Source: Diplonema japonicum (taxonomy: Eukaryota > Protista > Euglenozoa: Diplonemea). Taken from it: a stretch of 64,000 nt of DNA. Below, piece by piece: positions 9,557-21,560 of this stretch. Location of the stretch: the NCBI GenBank assembly GCA_964019335.1, contig OZ025679.1, positions 434,001-498,000 of the forward strand, written 5' to 3'. A program made the translations under genes and the position numbers. The notes beneath the pieces are model-generated. The model worked only from the letters and a program-made list of their open reading frames with translations. It was not told where the DNA came from and did not search any database. Position 1 is the first letter of the stretch, and every line of letters starts with the position of its first letter.

Positions 9557-11066
9557 ATGAAGAAGTTCTTGAGGGGTGCTCAAGCGGTTAAACAGAAGGC
9601 GGGGGTGGTGCAGGGAACAACGGATGAAGCATACGACGAGCTGGAAAAGGAGATCTCGAAGCTGCAAAAAGCAGCGAAGGAGCTGCCGAAGGCCGTCGCA
9701 GGAATGGCTGACGGGATCAGAACAATGTGGAAGACTTACGCAAAGATGACCGCCGAGATGAACAAGGTCACCTCCGTCCTAGACCTAACGCCCCTGGCAT
9801 CAGAGATGAGCAGGAAAATGGGAACGATAGGCCACGACTATGAGACCAGCCATCTTGAAAAGCTTAACATGGATCTGAGCAGCAGTGCAGTCGAGGTTCT
9901 TCGCAAGCTGGAGCAAGACATCAAGTCCCTTGAACACATCAGAGAGGAAAGGGGAAAGAGACGATTAGAGTTCGATGCAGTACGCGAAAAGACCCAGAAA
10001 AAGGAAACGGAGCTCACGAAGAAAGGAAAAGACATCGAAAGCGACCCCACCATCCGCGCAAGGAGGATCGACGTGGAGACAGCAGCAAAGGCATACGAGG
10101 TAAGCAACAGCAGGTCCATCGAGGAGATGACAAAGGTGACATGTGTCAAGGACGATGTGTTCAAGATGACATCCTACAACATATCAGTCTTTCTAGGGGA
10201 GTACCTTCGCGAGGCTGGCGAAGCGTTGTTGAGCGTGAAGCTCATGTATGAGTCGGCCTTGAACGGAGGCGCTGTCTATTGTAAAGAGGCTGCACCCCTT
10301 CCATCCCCTAAGCAAGACTCTGACTCTACCATTAGTGCGCCTGTTGGTAGCCCGCGTAGTGAGTCGGGAAGGGCGTCGCCGAAAGTTCTCAACAACACGG
10401 ACACACAATCGCCTCCCACGCCCACAGTCCCTTCCCCCACTACAGTCCCTCCCCCCATTGCCCCCACAGGGTCGCCTTCTACGGCCCCGCCGTCTGCCGC
10501 AGCTTTTAAGGCACCCGCCGTTGCCTTAGGCAACCTTCCTCCACCGTTGGACGGGAGGAGGTCGAGCAGCACCGGGGTGAACGTGACCACCGAGGAGGTG
10601 CAAGAACAGCCGGGGACGCCTAAGGGTGTCATGGCATACGCAGGGGCCATTCAGGTTGCTCAAGGTATTCTGGAGGGGAGAGGGTGATTGCAAAGAAAAA
10701 ATTTAATCTTTTGATTTCGCAGGTTCCCCCCCACACGCAGAGCGCAGTGAGCACGCCGACCCAGTTGTCAAGGCTGTAGAGGAGCCACCTGTCGACAATA
10801 CTGCACCTCCTGCACCTGCTGACGGTCCTGCACCTGCGGACGGTCCTGCACCTGCTGACGGTCCTGCACCTGCTGACGGTCCTGCACCCGCGGACGGTCC
10901 TCCACCTGCGGACGGTCCTGCATCTGTGGATGGTCCTGCACCTGTGGAAAGTCCTCCACCTGCGGACGGCCCTGCTCCTGTGGATGGTCCTGCACCTGTA
11001 GACAGCCCTGCCCCTGTGGACAGTCCTCCTCCTGTGGAGACACAGCCCGAAGAAAAGGTGCAATAA
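9557..11066 (+). CDS. BAR-domain-like protein with Pro-rich tail. Intron 10665-10722
   Basis: N-terminal VKQKAG...TTDEAYDELE and RGKRRLEFDAVR motifs are typical of N-BAR domains. Exon 2, absent from the ORF track, is open to TAA 11064-11066 and encodes (PAPADG)n. Confidence 0.75.
10802..11036 (+). repeat. 18-nt coding tandem repeat (CCTGCACCTGCTGACGGT-like; PAPADG)
   Basis: About 13 degenerate units are directly visible. Confidence 0.9.
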
Positions 11067-11963
11067 GGGAGAAGCAGAAGTGAATTAAGTCCAGCAGTAA
11101 ACCAAGCAGGAGAACAAGGGGGAAGGGGGGGGGAGGGGGAAAGAGAACTTCACACCCATCAGTGAGGTAGAAGCTACTTCGCAAGAAGGAACAACTGAGT
11201 AAGAAAAAAGATTGGCTGGACTTTCGCTGGGGTTCTTTTTTTTTTTGTTTTTTTATGTTTTTTTTTTTCCCCTCGCAGAAATGAAACGAAAGAACCAAAC
11301 GAACAAAAAATGAGTGTCACCTTTTGAGGGGGAAATGCTGCAGCTTTCCAACCCACTCAAAGAGAGAAAGGGCGGGAAGAAAAAAAAGGGGGGGTGGGGG
11401 GGGTCCTAATTTAATTTTTTTAATTTTTCACTTGCACCGCAGTTTGGTCCTTAAGTATTCTTTTTTTTCTCTCTTCTTTCTCCCTTTAGTCCTTCCTCCG
11501 CCTTTACTCCCCTTTTTCCTTGCAGCGTAGGTCATATGGCGTCGTATTTTTTTCAAAAGTCCGAGGAACGAAAAAAAAAAAAGAAAAGAGAAAGAAATTG
11601 TTTTGGCCATCATCAAATGACTTGAAAGATGTCAAGTGGAAAGAGGGGGAAAAAAAACAAGGAAAAAAAAAAGGGCGAACAAAAAAAAAAAAAACAAAAA
11701 AAAAAAAAAAAAACAGTCTTTTTCGGGTTTGGTTCAAGAAAAAAGGTTTTTCTTCAAACCCGAAGGCTGGCCCACTTCGTTCACCGTTTGTTAAAGGTTT
11801 GGTGCTAGTGAGTTATGACATGCAGGGGGGGGGGGGGGGGGGGGGGGGCGAAAGGGTGGATATTTCACAGACCAGTAGGAGTGCCTTCCCATTTTCTTTA
11901 CTTTCCCCCGCTCTTAGAAATGAAAGAAAAAGAGAAAAAAAAAAAAAGAGAGATAGGGTATTT

Positions 11964-12147
11964 GGACTTAATATGAAACGGAAACAGTTTAACGCCCTCC
12001 AGGGTAAATAAAAAATTTTGGAACTTTTTCCGAACTCTTTCCGGAATAATAAGGATTATTATCTTTATTTACTGGAACGGAAAAATCGATCCAAAGCGGT
12101 GAAAATAATTTCAGATTTTGGAACTTTTTCCGTTTCATATTAAGTCC
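11964..12147. mobile_element. 184-bp MITE-like element with 26-bp terminal inverted repeats
   Basis: GGACTTAATATGAAACGGAAACAGTT (11964-11989) matches the reverse complement of 12122-12147 at 25 of 26 nt. An internal direct repeat ATTTTGGAACTTTTTCCG is present. No TSD seen. Confidence 0.75.
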
Positions 12148-12725
12148 GACAGTTGACCCCCCAGCTGTACCGCAACAATCACTCTTTCAAAATATTTCTA
12201 ACCCCTAGAAAGGGGTGATTTTGAGTGTCACCTTTCTAAAATCCGTGTTTGCTAGCACTTACGTTCGTGGTATACTCTTTTGCTTTTCTTTTTTTTTTTT
12301 TTTTCTCCTGTTTTTGAAACGTAAGCTTACTACTGGTAGGTATATTTTTTTATGAAAAAAAAAAGAAAAGAAACAATGAAGAAAAAAAAAAAGAAAGGGA
12401 AAAAAAAAAAAAAAAAAAAAAAAACATGAATAGGGGCTTGCATCCCATTCATCTCCCCCCACTCAAAAAAAAAAAAGAAATGAATTTTGACTTTCCCCAA
12501 AAAAGTCGAAAGAAAATTGACGATTACATTTACTTAATGCAAAACAGTTTTATTATTTTCTTTTTTTTTTCTTTTTTCCCGTTTGCTCCCGTTTGATTCC
12601 CATCCCCATCCTAGGTGTTCTTAATACCTTATTTGGGAACCCTTTCTTCTTTTTTTATTTATTTTATGTTCTTTGCTTTTTCTAACAAAAAGAAAGAAAA
12701 ATAAAACTAAGAAAAGGGGGCAGAT

Positions 12726-15376
12726 ATGTCTTCTGACGTCAAAACAGATGCCCCGCCAACCGACTCAGAGCATCAACAAGCAATGGAGTCAGTGAAGAAC
12801 TTCAAGGAGTTGAAACAATACGATAGTATGTATAATTTTCACTCTTCACCCTTCCCTTTTAGAGGCCAAGCATTGGGCACACTACATGTGCCACAGGTGC
12901 CAAAGCGGCTCACTCCATGTTAAGGCGGCCTACTGGGCATATGAATTGAAGCAGCTTGCATTAATAGAAGGAAAGAAATCCGATGAAGAAATGTGGGACA
13001 AATGGTTGGTAGACATGCGGCCATTTATCGAAAAAGCAAAGAAGGAGGCTCAGAAAAGTGCGGCAGCACCAGCACCAGCACAAGCTCCTTCAACCCCGGC
13101 ACCTGTTGCTGTAGCATCCGCGGTACCTAGCGCAGCTCCTGCCTACGATCCTCAGCCTCAAGGTCACCCTGTTGCCGCCTACGATCAGTGGCAACAGCAA
13201 CAGCAGCAGGTCGGTCAAGCACCCCCTGCTGAGTACCAGCCGCAGCCACAGCAACCACAACAGCCACAATATCAACAACCACAACTACAACCTTATCCGT
13301 ACCAGCAGCCGCAGTACCAGGCGCCCCCCCCTCCGCCTCAGCATCAGCATCAACATCAACATCAACATCAACATCAACATCAACATCAACATCAACATCA
13401 GCAGTCACACTACGAGCAGTACCCTCAGCCCTCTTATGCGTCGTCGGTACCTGCCCCCGCCCCTACCCCCGCTCAAAGCTACACCGACCAGTATCAACCA
13501 GAAGAATTCGCACCTCCACCCCAGCAGTCACCTCAGAACGACTGGGGCCACACCTACAACAACAGCAGCAACAACAACTACTCCGGGTACGAAGGCGATG
13601 GGTACGGAGACAGCCACAACCATGACACGGAGGAGTACTACGAGTCCCGCCCGAAAGTCAGCAAAGGATGGGAGGAAGCCAAGGGAAAGGGGAGGAAAGG
13701 AAAAGGCGCGGAAGGGAAAGGGAAAGGCGCAGAGGGCAAAGGAAGGAAGGGGAAAAGCGCGGCACCGAAACCGGGCGACGACGTCAGAGACCAGACGGAG
13801 GCCATCCTGAAGATGGTGCGAGAGGACATGAACTTGCAGCGGAATAAGAAGCTCCGGGCAGAGCAGTGGATCCAGTCGCTGCGCGGGTCTGTGTTAACGT
13901 ACCTTGAGGACTACGGCGGGGCGCAGATGCTGGACAACAGCAACTCTGCAGACCCCTTCCTTGTGAATCGCATCAACTACACAGTATGTGGACAGGGACA
14001 CACGTGCACACCTCACAGGCCCATCCACGTAACTACAACACCGTCAAGTCCTTCTACCGTGAGCAGGAAACGGAGTGGCACGAAGGTTCTGGCAAACCAC
14101 GCCCTTCTCGGATTAACCATAGGCTCGTCACAGGTGCACGTGCGCAAGGAGTGCTGCAGGAGCTCCGCATGGGCTTCCCGTGTGCTGAGAACTACAATTT
14201 CATACCTGAGGGGATGGTATGTAGTGGGGGAAATATAAGAATGAACAAAAAGAAAACAAAAAAAAACAAAAATAGACCTACGTTCCCCACTTCCTCAACG
14301 AGGAAGAACAGTACCAGCTGTTGTGCGACATCGATGAGTGCACCGATTCCTGGTCCACAGAATTGAACCGCAGGACGCAGCAGTATGGATATAGGTATGT
14401 TTAAAGAATGAAAGACCCATCCCCCCATCCCCCTATTTAAAAAAAAACAGATTCGAGTACAAACAAGACCACATCACGAAGGCGAGGGAGGGCCTCCCCG
14501 ACTGGGGGAAGCGGCTTATCAATAAATTGTTCAAATCTGGCAGTCTGAAAGGCCCCACGCCGAACCAAATCATCGTCAATGAGTATGTACCCCTTCTTTA
14601 ACAACCAAACAAAAAAAGAAAAAAAAAAAAAACACAGATACTACCCTGGGCAGGGGATAGGCCTCCATCAAGACAAGCACTGCTTTGAAGAAGAGGTACA
14701 AAAAGACAAAAAAAAAAAAAAAAAAAAGAAAACACAGGTTGTAAGCATCAGCTTATTATCCCCATACACCATCACATGGGTGAACTCAGGGGACAAGGTC
14801 GCAGCGCAGTACGGAGTCCCCCTGCGAAGCAGCGTGCTCATGAATATGGAAGCAGGGAGCCTGCTGTCGTTCTCGGGGCAAGCACGGTATAAGTGGAAAC
14901 ATGGAATTGCTGCGACGGAAGGTGACCTGAGCAGTGAGTGCGTACCTTACAACAGAGGCAGGCGGGTGTCTGTCACACTCCGTATCGTCGACACCATTAA
15001 GTTCCAAAAGCGCCAGGCTTTGATAAATGATGGTGTTCTCGATGTTGCAGAGGAAGAGGAAGCCCGAAATGTTATGTTGAAGTCAAGTTCATCCCGACAC
15101 GAGGACACGGGTGTGGGTGTGGGCAAAGGACGTGGTAAAAGCGCGAATCACCCCTCCGGTAAAGGGAGAGGCCGCAACCCCAACATGTGGCCTGAACCCT
15201 CCCGCCCAACTGTTAAGGGCCGCGGAAGTAAACCCTCTCACCACATGGCACCCTACCCGCCGCAAGGCAGGGGGCGCGGGCGTGGAACACCCACCCCGCC
15301 CTCCGAAGTAGCTCCTCCTCCTTACTCAGCCCCCCCTCATCCCGACGATTACGTCCCCGGTCCTTCCCAGGTCTAG
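12726..15376 (+). CDS. AlkB-family 2OG-Fe(II) dioxygenase (ALKBH4/6/8-like catalytic domain) with long Q/P/H-rich and GK-rich disordered regions. Introns 12826-12862, 13984-14018, 14217-14275, 14395-14450, 14583-14637, 14696-14737
   Basis: The spliced product gives PEGMTYVPHFLNEEEQ...RRTQQYGYRFEY...PNQIIVNEYYPGQGIGLHQD...VVSISLLS...RYKWKHGI...RRVSVTLR, carrying the HxD..H..R..R signature. Confidence 0.88.
13342..13401 (+). repeat. (CATCAA)n coding microsatellite encoding His-Gln repeats
   Basis: Directly visible, about 10 units. Confidence 0.9.
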
Positions 15377-15680
15377 TGTAGTGTGGAAAAGAAATTAGCT
15401 ATTTATTGCATACCAATTATGGCATCTAATCGACCCCCCCCCCCCCCCCCCCCCTCCGCTTAACTTTCAGTACGACCTTTTACTTAAAGGATGCTATCAT
15501 TTTTTTTTGTTTATTTCCCCCCTTTTTTTAAGTTTCTATTTTTTTTTTCTTTTTTTTTTCTGTTGTGTTGTCAAAAAAAAAAAAAAGATATTTCGGTTGG
15601 GTTTAACCCCAGTCCACGTGTACCGACGAGCGGACGGTGTTTTGGGGGTTTACACTCTTTTTTTTTTTTTTTTTTTTTTT

Positions 15681-16852
15681 GTACTTTATTGGTGTCCGAC
15701 CGTGCCAATAAAGTCAATAGATAATACGGTTTGAAAAGAGGAAAAATAGAAGAAGAGTAAAAGACGAGAAGACAGAGGGAGGAATCAATAGAAAGCGAAG
15801 AACTAACCTGAAACGAATAGGCTGTGGAAGGAGGAGAGGGATCCGGTGGTAGCCTACCAGTTCAGGAGGATCATAGCAGGAGCAGTCCCCTACATAAGCC
15901 CACACGCCAGTGCGGGACCGAAAACCGTTCCACTCGACCCGGCAAGTGAGGAAGAGGAACCGGACAATGATGACTTGAAAAGAGAGGACGGGAGACCACC
16001 CGGAGAGACAATGCTTCCTCAGAATTATAGATGCGACATATGCACGGCAGTACACCAGAACACAGTGACGCTGCTACGGCACCAGCTGTACGAATGCCCA
16101 CTTGCGCAGGAAGAGCTAGCGAGGGACGGGTTGGAACCGCTACGCGACAGGTGTCTGGAACTGCACGGGATCTTGCCGAGGGGGCACGGATTTGCACACC
16201 TGGAGAGGTTGCAGAGGTACCTGGCGATGATAGTAGCAAAGCGTGATGAGGACCTGATCCAAGTGGAGGATTTTGGAGGAGAACTGCCGTGGGAACGGAA
16301 AGTGGTGGGAGTAAAGCACTTGACGCCGACGTTGGAGCAGCTCGGGACGACAAGTGGGATACTACGGATGTACGCGGAGTCGCTGTTGAAATGGATGTCG
16401 GAGCTAAGATGGGTTAAAGAAGACACGACGTCGGAGGTGACGGCGGTGGAGTTAGCCCTAGACTTCGAAGCGACGACACGAAGATCGCTGGGAGTGACGC
16501 AGGAGGAAAAGGCGCGAAGGATCAAGAAACTGATCCAAAAGGTGAACGACAGGTGCGCATTACAAGGAAAGAAAAAGCCTTTCCCGGCGAAGAACAAAAC
16601 GAGTCCCTCATGGCAATAGGAGGGAAGGCGGCGATAGGCTTTGCAAGGAGACCGATCTTCGCCTCACGAGAAACCCAGGACAGGCTAAAAGAGCTGAAGA
16701 CCAACCTGAAGAAGGACCGCATCAACCGACTGCGAAAAACACTGGTATCCGCCATCGGAACGAAAGCGAGGCTCCAAAAAGGAAGCATCAAGAGATAGAC
16801 CCCCACCCCCCTAAGGGTGGTCCTCGAGTGGGATTTGCCCTTAAACATCGCC
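15681..16852 (+). mobile_element. truncated non-LTR retrotransposon (family A, copy 2) headed by partial SL plus anti-SL hairpin
   Basis: Starts GTACTTTATTGGTGTCCGACCGTGCCAATAAAGT, as at 4528-4561. Then only the post-RT region follows (NRLWK...RRIIAGAV, CDIC...HQLYEC, TAVELALDFE), with the same C-terminus and 3' tail as copy 1. Confidence 0.85.
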
Positions 16853-16873
16853 TTTTTTTTTTCTTAATTTTTT

Positions 16874-18490
16874 CCACCGCCGAAAACGGGACAAATGGCC
16901 ACGCTGGTGAAGGAGACCACGTACGCGCTCTAGGGGCAGAAGTACTGCACCAGGAACCCAGGCACAGTACTATCCGTGACACTGCCGGGACACACGAGCC
17001 ACCCACAGATGACAGCCGCATACAGAGCACTTATGCTCCTATACAGAGCCTGCAAGAAGGACGACAAGCTGTGGACACGCTGCGACGCCATTGCCAAACG
17101 GTACAGCGGGAAGAAGATACCGGTGGGACCGGTGGGCATCATGATGGAAAGGTGGCTGCCTCAGATCAAGTTAAGCTGGGCACAGCTGAAGGACACCCAC
17201 GCACTGGAAAAGGAGCCCTACAAGCACTACATCAGGGACCGACTCAGGCGGGCGGAAGCACAGGAAATCATGACAAACGGAGCACCATGGGGAGCATGGA
17301 AGCTGCGGCAGCAGCGGAGACCAACGCGCTGTGGAGGAAGCTGGTGGTGACGGACCCGATTGCAGCAAGGGACGTGCGAAGGATCATCTCGGGGGCAGTG
17401 TTCTACATCAACCCACGGGGATGGCGCACGGACACGGTGGAGCACATCCCGATGGCGGAAGGAGAAGAAGACGAGGATGAAGACGAGGCTGAAGATGAAC
17501 AAGAAGAAGAAGAAGAGAAAGGACAGGACACCGAAAAGTGGCTGATTGCGGAGGCGAGGAAGCAAGAAGCTAAGCAGGCCGAACCCACGACGGCACACTG
17601 CGACATCTGCGGTCAGGAGCAACAGCTGCCCAACATGCTGGAGCACGCACTGTGGGAGTGCGAAAAGGCCAAGGAAGTGCAACAGCGGGAAGAACACGAA
17701 GGCATGACGCGCAGGGGGCTGGAACCGTGTACGAAGCTGCATGGCATCCTGCCAAGGGGAGCAGGGAAGGATGTCAGGGAAAGGCTCGAAGGAACGCAGA
17801 GGTACCTGCTGGCGGTGGTGGGGGAGCGGGACGCAGCCCTACAAGCGAAGAGGCAGGAGGTGTACCACTCACACCAGTGGCTGGAGATCACACAAGGACA
17901 AGAACACCCAGTACCGTCGGACAAGGACTTCGGCAAGCTACCGGCAGGGGATGTCCTACGGGAGTACACGAAGGAGGTGCTGAGGTGGATGCGGCAACTG
18001 CGCTGGTATGCAGGCAGCAGAAACACGTCAGTGTCGACGGTGGAGCTGGCACTGGATTTCGAGAACGTGACCGGGAAGACCCTTGGAGGGAAGCTGGGGG
18101 ATCTCGCAGAAGTACAGCAGAAAGCGAGGAGATTGCATGGACTGATGAAGAAGATCTGGCACACATGGGAGCTAGGGAGGGTACTGAAGAAGGTGAAAGG
18201 AAGGAGGGCCTTCCTAGCTGAGCCGAGCACAAGGGTGCACACACTACGATCCATCGGGAGGACAAAGGCGGTGATCGGATGGAACAGGAGGGCGATATTT
18301 GCATCACCGAACCAAGCATGACCTAGAGGCGTTGAAAGGACAATGGGCGAGAGAACGAAGAGAAAGAGCGGCCAGGCTGGGGAGAAGGCCGGCAAGACCA
18401 CTAAAGGAGGAGAAACCGCTGCTGAAAGGGGATAGGTGCAGGTAGAAGATGAGAACAAGGGGGCGTCTCACAAAGACTTCCTTTAACTCA
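16874..18490 (+). mobile_element. 5'-truncated non-LTR retrotransposon (related family B), decayed
   Basis: Post-RT region with a stop and a frameshift. TNALWRK...RRIISGAV, CDIC...EHALWEC and STVELALDFE motifs align with family A. It has a distinct 3' stem-loop tail. Confidence 0.8.
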
Positions 18491-18737
18491 TATATATTTT
18501 TTTCTTTCTGAGTGAAGTCCACCAAAACCCGGGGAAAAAAGTTGCTCAAAAATCAGTATAGTTCTTATTTGAGGGAGGGGCATGACAAAATAAGAACCAT
18601 AAAAAGATTTTTTAAAAAAGAAAAGAGAGAATTTAAAAAAGAAAAGAAAGAAAAAGATGACCACGCTGGTTATTTCGGTGCTTGTGGCAGTTACATCAGA
18701 AAACACAGGATATAATACACAGCATTCTTGCGAAGAT

Positions 18738-19778
18738 ATGTCGACTGCTTTGAGAAGGTCGTTTGCCCTGAGAGGGGGACAGTGGGAGACCGCCGATCCG
18801 TTCTACTTCTGCGCGCACCACGACGACACCTACCCTAAAGGCGACGGGAAAGGCGGCATCAAAGACGTGTCCCTCCTTAAAGGCAGAAATATGGGAAGTG
18901 ACTTCTCCGGGAAGAACGGATGGAGCATGTACCACGGTGAAGAAGACAACATTCCAGGGTTTCCAAGACACCCTCATTACGGCTTCGAAACGGTTACCAT
19001 AACCCGAGGAGAGGGTTTGATCGACCACGCAGATTCACTGGGTTCCTGCGGCCGATTTGGAAACGGAGATGTTCAGTGGATGACTGCCGGTAATGGTGTT
19101 CAACATTCAGAGATGTTTCCTGTTTTAAACACCGACAAGAACAACAGTTGCAAGATCTTCCAGGTCTGGCTGAACCTTCCTAAAAAGTCCAAAAGGGTGG
19201 ACCCTTACTACACAATGCTCTGGCATGAAGATCTCAAGGAGAGCAGACCATCAGAGGGCGTTGTCGAAACCATCATTGCAGACTCATCTACCTCTCTCAC
19301 GACCGCCCCACCGCCTGACTCTTGGGCTGCAGACCCCAAGAATATGGTAGCAATTCATCTCATCAAAATGAACTCCAGATCAACTCATGTTTTCAAACCT
19401 TTTTCAAAGGGTGTTAGCAATGCGGGTGATGTAAGCCGGATAGTGTACTTTTACAAAGGTTCTTCAGTTTCTGTGGGGTCGGGTGATGTTTTTGAGCAAT
19501 ACACCGCCTTCGACGTCGATGGGACTAAACAGTTTGAAGTCACAGCAGGTGATGAACCCGTAGAACTGTTGATGCTGCAGGGGCGGAAGATTGGAGAGCC
19601 AGCGTACCATCATGGGCCTTTTCTTGGGAACACGCGGGAAGACATTGCTGATGCTATGCAGAGGTTTAGAAATACCGAATACGGGGGTTGGCCCTGGCCC
19701 ACAGCAGGGCCGGTTCACGATCTTTCGAAAGGGAGGTTTGCGAAGTTTGTTGATGGCACCGTAGTCGAGAAAAAGTGA
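18738..19778 (+). CDS. pirin family (bicupin) protein, intronless
   Basis: DPFYFCAHH, GFPRHPHYGFETVT, HADSLG, GDVQWMTAGNGVQHSE, FQVWLNLP and HHGPF motifs. Confidence 0.93.
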   Translation: MSTALRRSFALRGGQWETADPFYFCAHHDDTYPKGDGKGGIKDVSLLKGRNMGSDFSGKNGWSMYHGEEDNIPGFPRHPHYGFETVTITRGEGLIDHADSLGSCGRFGNGDVQWMTAGNGVQHSEMFPVLNTDKNNSCKIFQVWLNLPKKSKRVDPYYTMLWHEDLKESRPSEGVVETIIADSSTSLTTAPPPDSWAADPKNMVAIHLIKMNSRSTHVFKPFSKGVSNAGDVSRIVYFYKGSSVSVGSGDVFEQYTAFDVDGTKQFEVTAGDEPVELLMLQGRKIGEPAYHHGPFLGNTREDIADAMQRFRNTEYGGWPWPTAGPVHDLSKGRFAKFVDGTVVEKK

Positions 19779-20062
19779 GTTTTGAAAGAAAAAAAAAAAA
19801 AAAAAAATTGTCATAAGTAAGAGAAGGCTTCGTTCACGAGGCCCTGAACTGGCAAAAAAAAAAAAAAAAGAAAATAATAATAAAGATGAGGGGATATATT
19901 TCCCCAGACAAAAAAAAAAATTTTTTTTTTTGAAAAATCTTTAAAGTTTTTTTTTTTCTATCTCCTCTTTTCGTTTCTTTTTTTTGGGGGGGGGGGAGTA
20001 ACAGGATTTTACTGATGGCGATACCTCCCAGAAGTGAGCTGGTTGCCCCCTCCCCCCTACCG

Positions 20063-20192
20063 CGAGGCAAAAGGGGTCAAGGTACCATGCCCAGAAGATA
20101 TTATGATCAACTCCTTTAAATCTTGCACCCCAGTGGCGTTGACTTTGTAAAAGCGGCCCTTACTTACTTATTGTAATACCTTTTGGTTTTGA
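20063..20192 (+). repeat. short dispersed repeat, copy 1 (homologous to 33301-33410)
   Basis: Shared blocks CGAGGCAAA, TACCATGCCCAGAAGAT, ATGATCAA, CAGTGGCGTTGACT, GGCCCTTACTTA and TTGTAATACCTTTTGGTTT occur in the same order. Confidence 0.8.
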
Positions 20193-20543
20193 ATTCTTCT
20201 TCTTCTTTTTTTAATTTCTTCTTTTTTTTTTTTTTTTTTTCCCTCCCAGGTTTCTTTTTTTTTTTTAAATTACTGCATCAAAGAAAAAAAAAAAGAAATC
20301 TTATAACAGAGGGGGGGGGGGGGGGGGGGGGGGGCGAATTGAGCGAGTAAGAAACGACGACGAAACAGGCTCTCCATTGAAAAAAAAAGTAATAAAAATA
20401 AAATGTGGGGAAATTGGTATGAAAGCCTTAACAAACAAAAAAAAAAAAAGAAAAGAAAAAAAAAACAAAACAAAAAAAGGGGCGACGCCGGAAGAGATGA
20501 CTCGGCCAAAGAAAACTGGGATAATAGCGGTGTAAATAAATTA

Positions 20544-20586
20544 ATGGAACCCATAGAAAGCTGGGGGAACGCGGTATGACGAGAAA

Positions 20587-20617
<31 letters not shown>

Positions 20618-20671
20618 AGAGAGACCAAACACCCCCTCAACAGAGCATTGACGCGTTCCTACCAGTGACAG

Positions 20672-20705
<34 letters not shown>

Positions 20706-21188
20706 CCCACTAAAATCAATCCACAGGAAGTGCATTGCTCCACAAGGGAGTACCTCCTCCCAAGCACTCAATGCACATGTCCTTGGGTAGGCCAATAGAA
20801 CAGAAAGAGAACATAGTGGCTGAGAGGTTCAGGCAAGTGGGCCAACCGGCGCTTTCCTACAACTTCCGCTCGGAGCCTGTTACTGTGCAAAATGCTCAGC
20901 AGAGAGGGTCCATGGTCCTAGGGAGCTTGGCGCAAGCGCCACAGCCTCCTCAGCTACAGCTGCCGCAGCTGCCATCGCAGACTAAGGCAGCAATCACCAC
21001 TCCACCGACCACAGCTACACCTACCCCGCCTTCTACAACGACGCCTAGGGGCGTCTCTATCACTGCACCACCTTCAGCCCGTCCTGCTGTTGAGCCTGCA
21101 ACAGGGCAGTCTTTGCTGGATGCATTTTACGAAAGCTTCCCTAAGAAAACTTTTGAGTTTTTCCCTAAGAGGAACGGTGTGGCGCGTT

Positions 21189-21190
<2 letters not shown>
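20544..21190 (+). CDS. hypothetical low-complexity protein. Introns 20574-20619 and 20672-20726; further small 3' exons to ~21342 are possible
   Basis: Two GT..CAG introns join ATG 20544 in frame to ORF 20735-21190. Confidence 0.6.
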
Positions 21191-21228
<38 letters not shown>

Positions 21229-21528
21229 CCCGGCACCACCACCCCTCCCACCCTTGGTGCCAGACAACGCAGAAAGCAGGGGGTTCGCCCTTTCTTTTTC
21301 TTTTTTTTTTTTTTTTTTTTTTTCCCGTCCATCCGCAGTTGAGTGTCGTCTTACAGCCAATGGGGGGTTTTTTTTTTAATTTTTTTGTATTATAGAGGGA
21401 AAAAAAAAAAAAGAAAGGAGGGGTACAAAAAAAGACCCCCCTCCCATGCCTATACATTTGGAGTGTTGTTGTTGTTGTTGTTGTTGTCGTTGATTTTTTT
21501 TCTTTCTTTTCTTCCCGTTACGTTATTG

Positions 21529-21560
<32 letters not shown>

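Noticed and set aside
10629-11298. Minus-strand QVQDRP/RCRTV repeat ORFs
   Set aside because: They are shadows of the + strand PAPADG exon of the BAR-like gene.
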